Source: Candidatus Poribacteria bacterium (GTDB lineage: Bacteria; Poribacteria; WGA-4E; WGA-3G). From it: DNA of 64,000 nucleotides. Location of the stretch: positions 32,001 to 96,000 of the forward strand of contig CBDBFU010000027.1 of the NCBI GenBank assembly GCA_965205025.1, given 5' to 3'. A program made the translations under genes and the position numbers. Shown here piece by piece: positions 45,242-57,206 of this stretch. The number at the start of each line of letters is the position of its first letter. The stretch's first letter is position 1. Under the pieces are notes generated by a model. It worked only from the letters and a program-made list of their open reading frames with translations, had not been told where the DNA came from and did no database searches.

Positions 45242-45416
45242 GCCCCAGCGGGGCGAAAGGTTTGTAGAAAAGGAAGTAAAAAACGAAGTTAGCCCCAGAG
45301 GGGCGAAAGGTGTGTAGAAAACGTGCTATCCTAAACACTAAGCCCCAGCGGGGCGAAAGGTGTGTAGAAACGCCATACCTCACCGAGGCCTAAGCCCCAG
45401 CGGGGCGAAAGGTGTA
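45242..45416 (+). repeat. REP array GCCCCAGMGGGGCGAAAGGT (4 copies)
   Basis: Direct repeats with short variable linkers. Confidence 0.85.
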
Positions 45417-45606
45417 TTCTTAAATTGACACCTATGAGGTTTCGCTTCGCTCTACCCGACCTACAGTTTATTTTGATAATTTGTTAATTAGAAATGGTAT
45501 AATAATTAAAATATGATACAATATAACAAAGAATATAATAACATACCGAACCCACATTAACACCAAAACCAATATTCTTAATCTTCAGATATATAACCAA
45601 TATCCT

Positions 45607-48600
45607 ATGAATTCATTAAAAAATATTATTGAACGATGCCACCGACGGAGAGAAAAACCACTCCAACAGCGAAAAACAACTGTCGTCGCTGCACCATATA
45701 AGGGAGGCCATCCATACGAACATACTGTCTATTACGCACACGGATACTCTGAAACACTCTATGCATTAGAAAAAGTGAATATCTCCTTTATGCCAATAGG
45801 ACGCGCCCCAGGAAATGACCGCGGTCCAAGATCTTATGATGCACCTCATAGGTACGAAGAACGACAAGGATGGGAAAATTGGGCACTACGACGATGGATA
45901 GATTCCTGGGGAATTCAAATATATACCGGGACACCCTCTCAACAACATGGCGCACAATGGCATGATGTCCTAATTAAATATGAAGCACTCTGTGAGGCAC
46001 CAAAACTTGTTATAGATTGTATCACCGCACTCGCAGAAAGTGTCGTCAACCCACTTATAACATTGACAAAATCAGGAGACCTACGCTTTTCTTATCGAAT
46101 CACAAATTACCTACATCCACAATTCAAAGAAGACCAATCTTATATCTATAAAGAAACACAAAACCAACAAACTGTATACCTGCAAATCTTAGGTGAAAAA
46201 GGAGTTAGTTGTTGGGACGCACGCTACGAGATAATCATGGGGGACCTCTTAGATCCGCCTATCATTTCAAAAAATTCGCTCTTTGAACCTATTGATACCC
46301 TACGGAAGATTCTCCACCAACCTAAATCTTCCACTATAGTCGAAATCACTAATCAAAAAGAAAAAATCTATATTACTACACCACCCATATCCCTCGGATC
46401 ACATAGACTTGACCTCGCAAAAGAAGCTTTTATAAGACGCGGTTTTACCTACCTACAAGAATACAACGGGTTTCACCAAATGACACCCATTCACAATAAA
46501 GATCCAAATAGGCATGTCTCTTTATGGGAACGCGACAGAATCGTATGGGTTCGCGCATCTACAATTGACTTCGGTATACCCATTGAAACTACACCAATCA
46601 CAGACATCTGGGATGATACAGGCATTATTACAATACGATCTTCAAAAGCACAACACCATACCGGGATTTATCACAATGTTCGGACAACAAACCTTAGTCC
46701 TTTGACAATTAAGCGACCTGCCACCATACTAAAAAAACAGACAAATCCCACAGAAAAACAGAAACACTTTAATCAGCAGGATTGTCAAGACTTATTAAAC
46801 GGGGACACACGCATACTTGTCATACAGGCTGATACATTTCATCAACTTAATAACCTAATACAATCTATATTGTCTAATGGGACACCGATATGTCTAAATG
46901 TAGAACCGGATCATCTCGTAGAAAAGGTTGAGGAACACTTTAAAGATAAAAAAATAAACTTTACACGACTTAAACCCCGGATGCACCTATGGGAAAAGGT
47001 CAAGAATATTCACATTAACCAACGCATGCAAAATCCATTTAAACATGGGAACGTCTGTGAAGATGCTGAACGGTGCGATACCCTTGAGAGAAAAGGCGGA
47101 GATCCAAACATACATATCTGTCCACACTGTCCCGTCTACACCACATGCCAAGAAAAAGGGTATTTGTCTCAACCCCTTCAATTACAGCAAGCACAAACAC
47201 AACTATTAACAGATACTCAACTGTTTTTCAATTCTGATTCAATAAACTCAGATAGTCAACTCATGAAAAATGTTGACAATACCGACAGACTTTATATCCT
47301 TCATCAACCGAATGTGACGAGTCAAACTACTATATGTGAACTCTTTATAGAGAGATTGCAGGAGTGGATCGTCAATTGGCGGGGAGAGGCACTCGGAAAC
47401 TTCGCCAATTTCTTGATGAACGCTTTTGAACCCGATAAAATGTACTATAGCGATACCATTAAGCGAATACGATCAACGGTTCAAGCATTTGAATGGCAGG
47501 AAGAAGAAATTGTCAGACAAATGCAACAGGTAAATGTTACATGTCAAGTTACAGAACCGGGGTATGTTGATCCTGACACGGGACAAGAATTAGCAAAATT
47601 CACGATAAAATTCAAAGGAGGGGCATCGGCGTATTTACCCTTAAACAGCGAGGCAAAAGAACTTTTGATAGCACGCAAAATTCCTGTCTTTATCCTTAAA
47701 TCCTTTGAACTTAATACTAACATGAAAATTCCGATGTCAATGTCAAAGGCTATTGAGTTAGGGATATTGAAAACAGATACTGTTGACCATATAGAAGATT
47801 TTCCCACTGTCTGTAAAAACTCAAACCAGACAATTTGGCATCAACTCAAACAGTTCTTCAACCATTACGCTCGTAATGAAGATGTACGCGTTCGATGGTA
47901 TGAAGAAATGCTGTTATTCAGGTGGGCAAACACAATACATCCATCAATAAAACGACTTATTATCACAACCACTACCCTTAATCAAACACAGATTCAAAGA
48001 TTATTTCCTGATGAGACAATTGAAGTCCGAACCCTAAAACCTAAAAAGTGGAAGAAAGGAAACAGAGTTTTTCAGATACGCACGGGTTTGTATCCAAGAG
48101 AAAGGATCTTAGACTATCGTGGGAACTGGGATGTCCTGGGGTTAACCAACATTGGGGGACGAATATTCTCACGAATCTTAGCAGAAATTGAAAAGGATCA
48201 GAACATTTTCCATACGATTATCACCTATGGGGGTGCTCTAAAACAAATAAAGGAATTGGTTAAGACAGAGAATGTCACTTTTTTTAAGAATACTGACAAA
48301 AACTTCATATATCACCTTCTTGTCGAACAAAATTTTCAGCAAGCTATAGAAAAATCACAAGTCGTTTGGATCGTCGGGAGTCCAGAACCTTCAAAAGGAA
48401 ATGTTTGGCGCCAAGTTCAAACACTCTACGGAAATGACAAGACCCCACTACACTATGAAAAAGATGCCGGTTCCGGACTCTATAAAGATGAAAGATTACA
48501 ACATGTCTATCAACAGATGATCGTCAATTCTATTAAATTTATCATTGATTCTATAAAGTTAGATCAAATAGCAAATAAAACCATTGTCATCGTCAGCGGC

Positions 48601-49029
48601 GTAAACATTCCAAACATCACGAATAGACCAGAAACCGTACTTTTTGATTGGGAAGATTTTGAGGTAGCAAGTGAACTAAACACCCTTCCTGAAACGATTG
48701 CTATACGCGAACGTTTTGAGGTAGAACGCGAAAAATTAAATGCCAATTCCAGCAGAGAAACTGTAGAACGGGTTTTAGGGTGTTCACGAAGACAAGCAAA
48801 CCGTAAATTACAAAAGTTTAGAGGCGGCACACCTTTGCGAGTTTCATTCCGTGATCAAATCTTGGAAATGCTTACTGATGGAGATAAGAAAACCGCTGAA
48901 TTGGTACAAGCCATTGACGGCAATCCAGAAGCCATTAAAAACGAACTCAAACGCCTCGTCGATAAAGGTGAAATCATCAGAGTCGAAAGAGGCATCTATT
49001 CCGCACCTGCAACCTCAAACACCAAATAA
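45607..49029 (+). CDS. Large hypothetical protein (1140 aa) with a Cys cluster and C-terminal HTH/winged-helix
   Basis: VCEDAERC...ICPHCPVYTTC; C-terminal DQILEML..KTAELVQAI..AIKNELKRLVDKGEIIRVERGIY. Confidence 0.8.
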   Translation: MNSLKNIIERCHRRREKPLQQRKTTVVAAPYKGGHPYEHTVYYAHGYSETLYALEKVNISFMPIGRAPGNDRGPRSYDAPHRYEERQGWENWALRRWIDSWGIQIYTGTPSQQHGAQWHDVLIKYEALCEAPKLVIDCITALAESVVNPLITLTKSGDLRFSYRITNYLHPQFKEDQSYIYKETQNQQTVYLQILGEKGVSCWDARYEIIMGDLLDPPIISKNSLFEPIDTLRKILHQPKSSTIVEITNQKEKIYITTPPISLGSHRLDLAKEAFIRRGFTYLQEYNGFHQMTPIHNKDPNRHVSLWERDRIVWVRASTIDFGIPIETTPITDIWDDTGIITIRSSKAQHHTGIYHNVRTTNLSPLTIKRPATILKKQTNPTEKQKHFNQQDCQDLLNGDTRILVIQADTFHQLNNLIQSILSNGTPICLNVEPDHLVEKVEEHFKDKKINFTRLKPRMHLWEKVKNIHINQRMQNPFKHGNVCEDAERCDTLERKGGDPNIHICPHCPVYTTCQEKGYLSQPLQLQQAQTQLLTDTQLFFNSDSINSDSQLMKNVDNTDRLYILHQPNVTSQTTICELFIERLQEWIVNWRGEALGNFANFLMNAFEPDKMYYSDTIKRIRSTVQAFEWQEEEIVRQMQQVNVTCQVTEPGYVDPDTGQELAKFTIKFKGGASAYLPLNSEAKELLIARKIPVFILKSFELNTNMKIPMSMSKAIELGILKTDTVDHIEDFPTVCKNSNQTIWHQLKQFFNHYARNEDVRVRWYEEMLLFRWANTIHPSIKRLIITTTTLNQTQIQRLFPDETIEVRTLKPKKWKKGNRVFQIRTGLYPRERILDYRGNWDVLGLTNIGGRIFSRILAEIEKDQNIFHTIITYGGALKQIKELVKTENVTFFKNTDKNFIYHLLVEQNFQQAIEKSQVVWIVGSPEPSKGNVWRQVQTLYGNDKTPLHYEKDAGSGLYKDERLQHVYQQMIVNSIKFIIDSIKLDQIANKTIVIVSGVNIPNITNRPETVLFDWEDFEVASELNTLPETIAIRERFEVEREKLNANSSRETVERVLGCSRRQANRKLQKFRGGTPLRVSFRDQILEMLTDGDKKTAELVQAIDGNPEAIKNELKRLVDKGEIIRVERGIYSAPATSNTK

Positions 49030-49682
49030 TACCATTTCTGGTAATTAAAGTCTCATTAATAGAATCTCTTTAATGTACCACAAACTTTATGAGGATTAAG
49101 TAAATATTTCGGTAATCCAGTCCATAAACTTATCGTAGGGGCGGGGTTAACCCGCCCGTATATTACCGATTTAATAAATTAATCTTCATTTAGTTTGTGA
49201 TCTTCCACCCCTCTCTTTGTACCACAAACTTTTAGTTTGTGATCTTCCACTCTTCTGTATGAGGGAATTCCAATTCCCGACCCTTCCATCCTTTATGTCA
49301 GAATCGCGGATTACGCGGATTACACAGATTTCACGGAACGGTTTTTGCTTGTGGTAAATGTTCATGTGAATGAAAAAGTGTTTGTGTTGCTTAAAAAACA
49401 ACATCATTTTTACCAAAACAACTCTTCTCCGCGTAATCCGAGAATCAAAAAACCCTCTCTTTGTACCACAAACTTTATGAAGATTAAGAAAATATTTCGG
49501 TAATTCTAATTTCCCAAACCCGGTAGGTGCGGTTTCCTAACCGCACTGGATCTTATCTTTAAAATTACCGAATTTAAAAATTAATCTTCATTTAGTTTGT
49601 GATCTTCCACTCTTCTGTATGAAGGAACTCCCATTCCCGACCCTTCCAATATATAACTTCAAATATACATATAAATCATATT

Positions 49683-49762
49683 AAAGATACAATAATCCCC
49701 TTTTGTCATGTTCAAGCCTGGTAGTCATAACACAGATAGACAAACAGGTTATCCCTGTCTGT
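49683..49762 (+). other. Putative recombination site 4 (left arm of the upstream dyad degenerate)
   Basis: AAAGATACAATA-ATCCCC-TTTTGTCATGTT (49683-49712) and invariant 25-mer (49738-49762). Confidence 0.65.
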
Positions 49763-49885
49763 AAACAAAGCAAATATCAATATTGATATTTGAGTATTTA
49801 GAAAGATTTAGATATAAGGATTTAAATTCCCTGAATCTTAACATGACTTGAATAACTTTTTTTAAAAATAAAAGGAGTTTATGAA

Positions 49886-52800
49886 ATGAATATGTCAAAT
49901 CGATTGACATTTAGTATTTTAAGTATATTTTTACTGCTTGCATTCGTGGCAGTGCCGGTGATGGCACACGCGCCAGATGACGACACGGTAGGACCGCACA
50001 CCACACATCCAGTGGAGGTAGCAGTTCCTGAAGTTACAGGAGATAACCGTGTACCAGCGGTGCCTGTACACGGTCCACATCCGATGGTAACGAGTATTGC
50101 CCTAAAACCCGCTGCTGGTAAGGTTCGGGACAATATGGTAGTGGTTGGTGTCGCACCTGCTACGCCAACTGATGGCATTGATGCAAATGAGTTTGTCCTA
50201 ATCGTTACTTTTGACCGTCCTGTCGTTGGTGCAACAGGTTCTACAGATCAGGATACGGATGGTGATGGTGATAAAGATGCTGTTGATGCTGCAGCGATTC
50301 TTACTGCTTCAACTGGTAATGATAATGAGGTATTGTATTCTGTCCGAGATAAAATGCGTGTTGCACTTGCCACGCAAACTGATATTACCTTTAAAGATGT
50401 CAAATTTATGGGGACTACCTATGACAAATTTGAAGTCACAGTAGAGGTTGGCACAAGTGCTGTCCCTACAGGCACGGCAACTGATGCGACCGAAAAGGTG
50501 ATCCTCATAGTGCAAATTGGGGCTGGTGCTGTGTTTAGTGCACAAACATCAATACCGGATCCTCAGGGTGGTGTAACAGATGTAATCGTTCCTGGTGGAG
50601 CGAATTTGGCGTCAAATGCAAGAAATTCAGAGTTTATGTTGGTCAAAGCGTTGCCAACAGTTACAGTCGCTGATACAACAAAACCGACACTGACGATTAC
50701 ACATGCCCCCGCTGATAACATGCCCCTTCCCGATAGTGGTAATGTGACATTTACCTTTACTTTTAATGAGGAGCCTGGTGAAAATGATGCCGCTTTCACA
50801 CTCGGTGATGTTACTATTGACGGTGGTAGGGCTGTTGACTTTGGTGGTAGTGGCATGGTGTATACGGTGGAAGTAACGCCTGATGATCCAATGATGTCTG
50901 TGACAGTAACCGTTGCTGCGACCGCAGTATCGGATGCCGCTGGCAATAACCTTGCTGAAGGTCAAACAGAAACATATATGGCTGATGATACTGTAGCTCC
51001 AACAGTCGAAATTACTGCTAAAAAGATCGCAGATGGTGATAATGCAGGTAAAATTCTTTTCACATTAACATTTAGTGAACCGCTTGGAGCGGGTGAATCT
51101 GCCTTGTCAAGGAATGACCTTGCACTCAGCACTGGTGCTTCGGTGGCAAGAATTCCTATGAAGGATGATAATGATGATAAAGTATGGACGGTAATTGTCA
51201 CCCCATCTGCCTCAGGTCCGACAACACTAACAATCGAAGGTGGTTCGGTTAAGGACGTGCAAGAGAATGCATTGTTAGCAGATAAGTCACATACGTATGT
51301 AGCACCTGATGCACCTGTGGTTGCTGCCAAGGATCCGACAACGGCAACCATCCCAAGCATATTTGGGTTCAGCATTCCAGCGAATTCTTACGTTGTTCTT
51401 ACGAGAAACGCACTAGCCACGCCACGGCAAGATGGTCTGAACTTCCGAGACGTGCCTGATAGTAAGGTAGTCGTTTGGGAGAACATGCCTGATTTATGGG
51501 AGCGCCTATTTGATAGAGGTTATGAAGGTGGTGGCGCACTTGTTTTGAGATCCTCTTACGGCGATGCCGCTGCAGATAGACCCAAAGTTGGTACCGTTGG
51601 TATTAGCGAGATTATGTGGGCTATTGATGTAGGAAAATATGGTGATTTTAGAGGAACCGATCGCACAGATCCCCGCAATAAAACGTGGTTAGATTCACAG
51701 TGGGTTGAAGTTCACAATCTCAATGCGAAAGCCGTGAAGGTCTTGATATATGCGCAAACAGGACGCGATCTTGTTGGCACTGGCAACGTTGTTGGCAATA
51801 CGAAGGCTGGCGATACAATCCACGGCAACCCCGGTGGTATGGTCGTTGATGTCATGACAAACTTCTTTAACGGTGCAGACCGTGGAAGCGGTGGTTGGGA
51901 TGTACCCGGCGCGAACGGTAATAGCAAAGCAGGTGTTGATTTCATCTCAATGGCACGGCAGCCGAAGCGTGGTTCATTTAACTTGACCCGTAGACACGAG
52001 AATAAGGCTGATAAACCGTTGGATGGCTTATATGCCAAAACAGGCGGAAGTGAGCAGAGTTTAGATGGCAGAGCTTCCGGTAGTTGGGCAGCGGGCAGTG
52101 TGATTTATGAAAGGGAAGATACGGATATACCTTCTGGTACTACAGCTGCTCTCCCGTTAACTTATGAATATTTAGGTACACCGGGACATCCGAATACAAG
52201 GGCACCTGCAAGTCATATCACCCGAAATGCTCGGACAAGTGTGCCAAGCAATACTGTTATCATCAACGAGGTTGCGAACCGTAATGATGTACATAAAGCT
52301 TACGAATGGATTGAGCTTCGCAATGTTTCTACTGCTGAAATAAACCTGCGGAATTATCTCATTTCAATTGTACAGGCTGTGGACAGTGATAAAGTCTTGT
52401 ATCAATTCCCAGCAAACGATAATGCCAAGATTGCTGTAGGCGGAGTGTTCCTCTTAGTCGCCTCTGATCCGAGTGGCAATCCGAGCCATCCCTTAGCAGC
52501 AGGATACAACGTTGATAAAAATGACGAAGATCAAGTGCCAGGTTCGCGCAAAAACCCTGTGCGATATAAGGTCGCTGATGTTGGTGGTGTCCCCGGTTTT
52601 GGTAATGGTCGAAACACAGGTGAGAGTGTAACAACCTTACCAGACAGTGGTAAATTCGTCCTGATCCTACGTAGACCAGACAACCATGAAGGTCACAGGT
52701 CTGGTGCTGATGGTGGCAAAGGTGTTGCTGAACGCGGTAAAGATGACGTTGATAAGATCGTTGATATCGCTGGATGGCACGATAACTTGAAGAAAACCGG

Positions 52801-54241
52801 TTTTGACAATGCGGTGTCTTCAACGGATTTATGGCCACTTCGAAGTTTCCGTGCACCTAATTTTAATCTGAATTCGTTCCAACCAGAGACGGTTCACTTC
52901 CGCCAACGCGGTGCCCATGGTCTTGGAGGCGTCAACGATGGTGCCAGTGGTGTTGGTGCGCATGAAAATAAGAATGAAGGTGGCAAAGCCGCGTTCCGTG
53001 ATGAAGGTTATTCCGGTATCGGTTACAAACGCCAAGCTTCCAAAACCAATTTCCACGGCGGAAGTCCTGGCTACCACGGTAACGTGAGCGGACGAGTTGA
53101 TGCTACTGCGAAAGTTGTTATCAGTGAAATTATGTTGTCTCAAGGCAACGGTCGTGTGAAACTGCCACAGTGGATTGAACTCTACAATCCTTCTAAGACG
53201 CATGCAGTCAACCTCACGGATAATGCTGGCTGGAGACTCGTTATCGAAAATCCAAATCGTGCACCTATCAGAACTATCCACTTCAAGAGTGGTAAGCATG
53301 ATGTGAAAACGATCCTGCCGAATCAAACAGTGCTCATCGTTTCATCGGCGGCAAGGGATTATGGTAGTGATACCTTATCGAGAGGTACGGTATTTCCAAA
53401 TACTCGTGTCCTGAATGCATATACAGTCCTGAAGGGTGAAACTTTTGAGATGGCAAGCCGGACAGATGTGCTCCTTGATCCAAAGGCTTTCAACGTCAGA
53501 TTGTTGGATGGTAAAACACACGACAATAAGCCTGGTGGACGCTATATTGGTGACGTATCAGACGAAGTTGGTAACCTTGACGGTAACCCGCGAACGAATG
53601 ATGCGGCTGCATGGGAATTCCCAGACGGTGTGACTGAAGAGGGTGATCGCACTTCACTCATCCGTATCTTTGATGAAGGTATGGCTCGCAGTGGCACAGG
53701 CATGGTGAAACCGCTTGGTGGCACAGATGGTGTCGGTGTTGACGGAATGCCCGGTATTGATGCCAAGTATAGTTGGGTTCATGCCGCTGATACAGAAGAC
53801 TTTGAGAAGCTCTTTGTCCGTCATACGTGGTATGGTGCTGAAACTGATTACGGCACACCCGCAGACCGTACAGGTCAAGTCTTACCTGTTCAATTATCAC
53901 ACTTCCGTCCGACGCTTGAAGATGGTAAAGTTACGATCCGTTGGACAACCGAATCCGAACTTAACAACGCTGGATTTAATATCCTTCGTAGTGAAACACG
54001 GTACGGTGAGTACAAGCAGGTAAATGCTGAACTGATTCAAGGTCACGGAACAACCGGTGAACGTCATACCTATAAATGGGTTGACGAATCCGCTAAACCG
54101 AATGTAGTTTACTACTATCAAATTGAAGACGTATCCTTCGCCGGCGAGCGTCAAACGCTTGCTCTAACCAAGTTGAAAGGACTTATCTCAGCCGTAGGTA
54201 AAGCCACAACAACGTGGGGCGATATTAAAGAGGTACAATAG
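49886..54241 (+). CDS. Cassette A4: giant secreted Ig-like plus lamin-tail-domain protein (1451 aa)
   Basis: Signal peptide VMA-H, unique N-terminal ~480 aa, LTD-like modules, LPVQLSHF...KATTTWGDIK. Confidence 0.92.
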   Translation: MNMSNRLTFSILSIFLLLAFVAVPVMAHAPDDDTVGPHTTHPVEVAVPEVTGDNRVPAVPVHGPHPMVTSIALKPAAGKVRDNMVVVGVAPATPTDGIDANEFVLIVTFDRPVVGATGSTDQDTDGDGDKDAVDAAAILTASTGNDNEVLYSVRDKMRVALATQTDITFKDVKFMGTTYDKFEVTVEVGTSAVPTGTATDATEKVILIVQIGAGAVFSAQTSIPDPQGGVTDVIVPGGANLASNARNSEFMLVKALPTVTVADTTKPTLTITHAPADNMPLPDSGNVTFTFTFNEEPGENDAAFTLGDVTIDGGRAVDFGGSGMVYTVEVTPDDPMMSVTVTVAATAVSDAAGNNLAEGQTETYMADDTVAPTVEITAKKIADGDNAGKILFTLTFSEPLGAGESALSRNDLALSTGASVARIPMKDDNDDKVWTVIVTPSASGPTTLTIEGGSVKDVQENALLADKSHTYVAPDAPVVAAKDPTTATIPSIFGFSIPANSYVVLTRNALATPRQDGLNFRDVPDSKVVVWENMPDLWERLFDRGYEGGGALVLRSSYGDAAADRPKVGTVGISEIMWAIDVGKYGDFRGTDRTDPRNKTWLDSQWVEVHNLNAKAVKVLIYAQTGRDLVGTGNVVGNTKAGDTIHGNPGGMVVDVMTNFFNGADRGSGGWDVPGANGNSKAGVDFISMARQPKRGSFNLTRRHENKADKPLDGLYAKTGGSEQSLDGRASGSWAAGSVIYEREDTDIPSGTTAALPLTYEYLGTPGHPNTRAPASHITRNARTSVPSNTVIINEVANRNDVHKAYEWIELRNVSTAEINLRNYLISIVQAVDSDKVLYQFPANDNAKIAVGGVFLLVASDPSGNPSHPLAAGYNVDKNDEDQVPGSRKNPVRYKVADVGGVPGFGNGRNTGESVTTLPDSGKFVLILRRPDNHEGHRSGADGGKGVAERGKDDVDKIVDIAGWHDNLKKTGFDNAVSSTDLWPLRSFRAPNFNLNSFQPETVHFRQRGAHGLGGVNDGASGVGAHENKNEGGKAAFRDEGYSGIGYKRQASKTNFHGGSPGYHGNVSGRVDATAKVVISEIMLSQGNGRVKLPQWIELYNPSKTHAVNLTDNAGWRLVIENPNRAPIRTIHFKSGKHDVKTILPNQTVLIVSSAARDYGSDTLSRGTVFPNTRVLNAYTVLKGETFEMASRTDVLLDPKAFNVRLLDGKTHDNKPGGRYIGDVSDEVGNLDGNPRTNDAAAWEFPDGVTEEGDRTSLIRIFDEGMARSGTGMVKPLGGTDGVGVDGMPGIDAKYSWVHAADTEDFEKLFVRHTWYGAETDYGTPADRTGQVLPVQLSHFRPTLEDGKVTIRWTTESELNNAGFNILRSETRYGEYKQVNAELIQGHGTTGERHTYKWVDESAKPNVVYYYQIEDVSFAGERQTLALTKLKGLISAVGKATTTWGDIKEVQ

Positions 54242-54457
54242 GGTTAAATTTCAGGGATAATTTAACCGTTCTCCTCAACGCATGGACACTGCAGGGTCTC
54301 GATTGAGGAATCTATCTAAACAATATTCTACAATAAGAGCCGGCTGTGATCTCAAAAATGCAGCACTCTTATTGTAGAATACCTCACATACCCAATCCCA
54401 ATGATCTTAAACAAGAAACAGGGTCTCGTAGGCAACTACAAGACCCTATTTCTTTTT
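54242..54457 (+). terminator. Four-hairpin 3' trailer of A4
   Basis: Same sequence as 39928-40143. Confidence 0.75.
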
Positions 54458-54983
54458 CCCACCCCTTGATAGGTTTTCTTTTTCCCACCCTTTGGTAGGT
54501 TCGGTTTCCCGGGGAATGCCTAATGGCATTCATACCGTTGATTCCTTGATTCGAGGGGCGAAAGGTGTAATATATCTGAACAGCGGATTATACCATTTTC
54601 AAATGTCTATAGCAAAGATGGTGCTCCATGTTCTTGAGTTCCGTAGGAACGGAATGTCTATAGCAAAGATTGTTGTTCCATATTCTTGAGTTCCGTAGGA
54701 ACGGAATGTCTATAGCAAAGATGGTGCTCCATGTTCTTGAGTCCCATAGGGACGGAATGTCTATAGCAAAGATTATTGCTCCATATTCTTGAGTTCCGTA
54801 GGAACGGAATGTCTATAGCAAAGATGGTGCTCCATGTTCTTGAGTCCCATAGGGACGGAATGTCTATAGCAAAGATTATTGCTCCATATTCTTGAGTCCC
54901 GTAGGGACGGAATGTCTATAGCACATTTCTCGTTGATTTGGTAAGGACAAAATGATAAAATACAAACCGTGAGGAGTAATACC

Positions 54984-55457
54984 ATGGCAAACACATATAC
55001 ACAATTATATATACATATTGTTTTTGCAGTTGAACATCGTCAAAACCTAATTCCGAAGGAACATAAAGAAGAACTTCACAAATTCATTACAGGTATAATC
55101 ACCAATAATAAACATAAAATGATCCAAATCAATTCTATGCCAGACCATATACATATTTTTGTTGGTATAAACCCTTCAATGGCATTATCAGAATTGGTAA
55201 AAGATATTAAAGCAAATTCATCACGATTCATAAACAAGAAGCAATGGGTTTCCGGTCAATTCAAATGGCAAGATGGTTATTCAGCCTTTACTTATGCACA
55301 TTCACAATTAGAGAGTGTATCAAATTATATCCTTAATCAAGAAAAGCATCATAAGCAGAAGTCGTTTAGAGAAGAATATATTGAGTTGTTAAAACGATTT
55401 AATGTTGATTATGATGAAAGATATATTTTTCATCCAGTGTTAGAGAGCGATTCTTAG
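54984..55457 (+). mobile_element. tnpA: IS200-family/REP-associated TnpA, copy 3
   Basis: Translation identical to copy 2. Confidence 0.9.
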
Positions 55458-55575
55458 AAGATCATACGTGTCTTGAGAACTCCACCTATATGTTGATATA
55501 GACATTCCGTCCCTACGGGACTCAATTATGTGGGTATACACGTTTTCTATAGACATTCCGTCCCTACGGGACTCA

Positions 55576-56051
55576 ACACCCTTAATGAAACCACCTGAAG
55601 ACTTGAACACGGAAGCATGGCTTCAAAATGTGTTGAAACGACAGAATCCGCACCCGTTGACACACAAACGCGTGGCACACTACTGTTTGCCTTATCAACA
55701 TTAGGTAGTTTAACCTATGACGCAAATCTTTTTCAAAAACTCATATCGGAGGAAATGATGCAAGAATCTCCTTTTATAGAACTCATAATGCAGCGTAGCA
55801 GAGAACAAGGTATAGAACAAGGCAGAGAACAAGGTAGAGAACAAGGCAGAGAACAAGGTTCACTTGAAATGTCTGTTAAACATATACTGTCAATCCTTAC
55901 TGAGCGTTTTCCGTTGAGTGATACGGAACCTGTAGCAGAAGTCCTTGAACCTATTCAAGACCTTGATCGCTTAACAAAACTGCTTCGCATAGCGGTTCGA
56001 ACATCCAGCGTTGAAACATTTCTACAAGAAGTAGAAACATCCGAAGAATAA
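55576..56051 (+). pseudogene. 5'-truncated Rpn gene retaining an intact internal small ORF (55755-56051)
   Basis: Begins at the REP junction; GGAGG-AA-ATGATG internal start; (EQGR)n repeats. Confidence 0.8.
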
Positions 56052-56055
56052 GGAA

Positions 56056-56304
56056 ATGATGCAAGAATCTCCTTTTATAGAACTCATAATGCAGCGCTAT
56101 ATAGAACAAGGTTCACGTGAAATGTCTGTTAAAAATATACTGTCTATCCTTACTGAACGTTTTCCATTAGAGGATGTGCAACCTGTTTTAGAAGCACTTG
56201 AACCTATTCAAGACCTTGATCGTTTATCAAAACTGCTTCGCATAGCAGTTCGAACATCCAGCGTTGAAACATTTCTACAAGAAGTAGAAACATCCGAAGA
56301 ATAA
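56056..56304 (+). CDS. Stand-alone Rpn C-terminal-domain small protein
   Basis: MMQESPF...FLQEVETSEE; AAGGA RBS overlaps the previous stop. Confidence 0.75.
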   Translation: MMQESPFIELIMQRYIEQGSREMSVKNILSILTERFPLEDVQPVLEALEPIQDLDRLSKLLRIAVRTSSVETFLQEVETSEE

Positions 56305-56710
56305 AAACTCCAGATTCACCCTTGTTGATATTGCATTCATACCAGGGGCTAACCCTCTTCTCCGCGCAATCCGCGCAATCCGTGATTCAGACAACCAAGA
56401 ACGCTCTTCTCCGCGTAATCCGCGTAATCCGCGTAATCCGCGATTCAGACAACCAACAACAACATGCAGAGCACGCACTCCAGCGGAGTGCTATATATCT
56501 CAAATCTCTTGATGTGGTGCAAGTTATTAATCCCAACTACTTCTTCCATCCAAATTTAATACATAAAAAGAAGGTTATCATAATTATGATTAGAAAAACA
56601 ATAACATGTATATTTAATTCAAAACCAAATAAGGATGTAAAACCAGTTCCAAATATTGTAGTTCCTCCTATGACCCATCGCCATTCCTTAACAAAATTAA
56701 GAATTTTTTT

Positions 56711-56866
56711 TTAAACTGAAGTGTCACTTTTAGGATCCGAATTATCATGAAAAATTATGGTTATTTCATTTGGAAAATCAATATTAATTTCAGATATTCG
56801 ATCTATTAGTTCTGGTTCGAGCTCAACCTCCCACGTATTTTGTGTTTTAGGATTTTTAATTCTCAT
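56711..56866 (-). CDS. Small low-GC hypothetical protein
   Basis: MRIKNPKTQNTWEVELEPEL...; ORF evidence only. Confidence 0.35.
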   Translation of the reverse strand: MRIKNPKTQNTWEVELEPELIDRISEINIDFPNEITIIFHDNSDPKSDTSV

Positions 56867-56975
56867 AATTATATAAGGAAAATATAATAGTAAAAATGCT
56901 CTCAAAACTCATAATTATAGTTGAGTTAAGAGAGCATAATCATAATGAAGTTAGATATCTAATGATTCAGATCTG

Positions 56976-57206
56976 CTAACCATCCTTTAATATAAAGTTA
57001 ATTTTGCCGTTTTTTACGATATATTGCTTTAACTCACGATTATTCAAATCCAGTTTAAGCTCTTTATTTTTATCAATACGCTCAACAATAACAGGACCTT
57101 CTGAAGTCTCTGGCATACTAACTTTAATATTTTTAGATACATCCTTAAAAATAACTTTATTACCTTTAAGAATTTTATCTGTAAGTTTAGACATATCAAA
57201 CCCCAT
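56976..57206 (-). CDS. Small low-GC hypothetical protein
   Basis: 76-aa Lys-rich ORF in an AT-rich patch. Confidence 0.45.
   Translation of the reverse strand: MGFDMSKLTDKILKGNKVIFKDVSKNIKVSMPETSEGPVIVERIDKNKELKLDLNNRELKQYIVKNGKINFILKDG

Larger units (their letters stand above)
51328..55655 (+). repeat. ~4.3-kb direct repeat, copy 2
   Basis: Matches 37014-41290 and carries one extra 51-bp REP unit. Confidence 0.93.

Noticed and set aside
45242-45416. Four repeats with different linkers resembling a mini-CRISPR
   Set aside because: Degenerate repeats of a REP family scattered in both orientations (22515, 42120, 63825).
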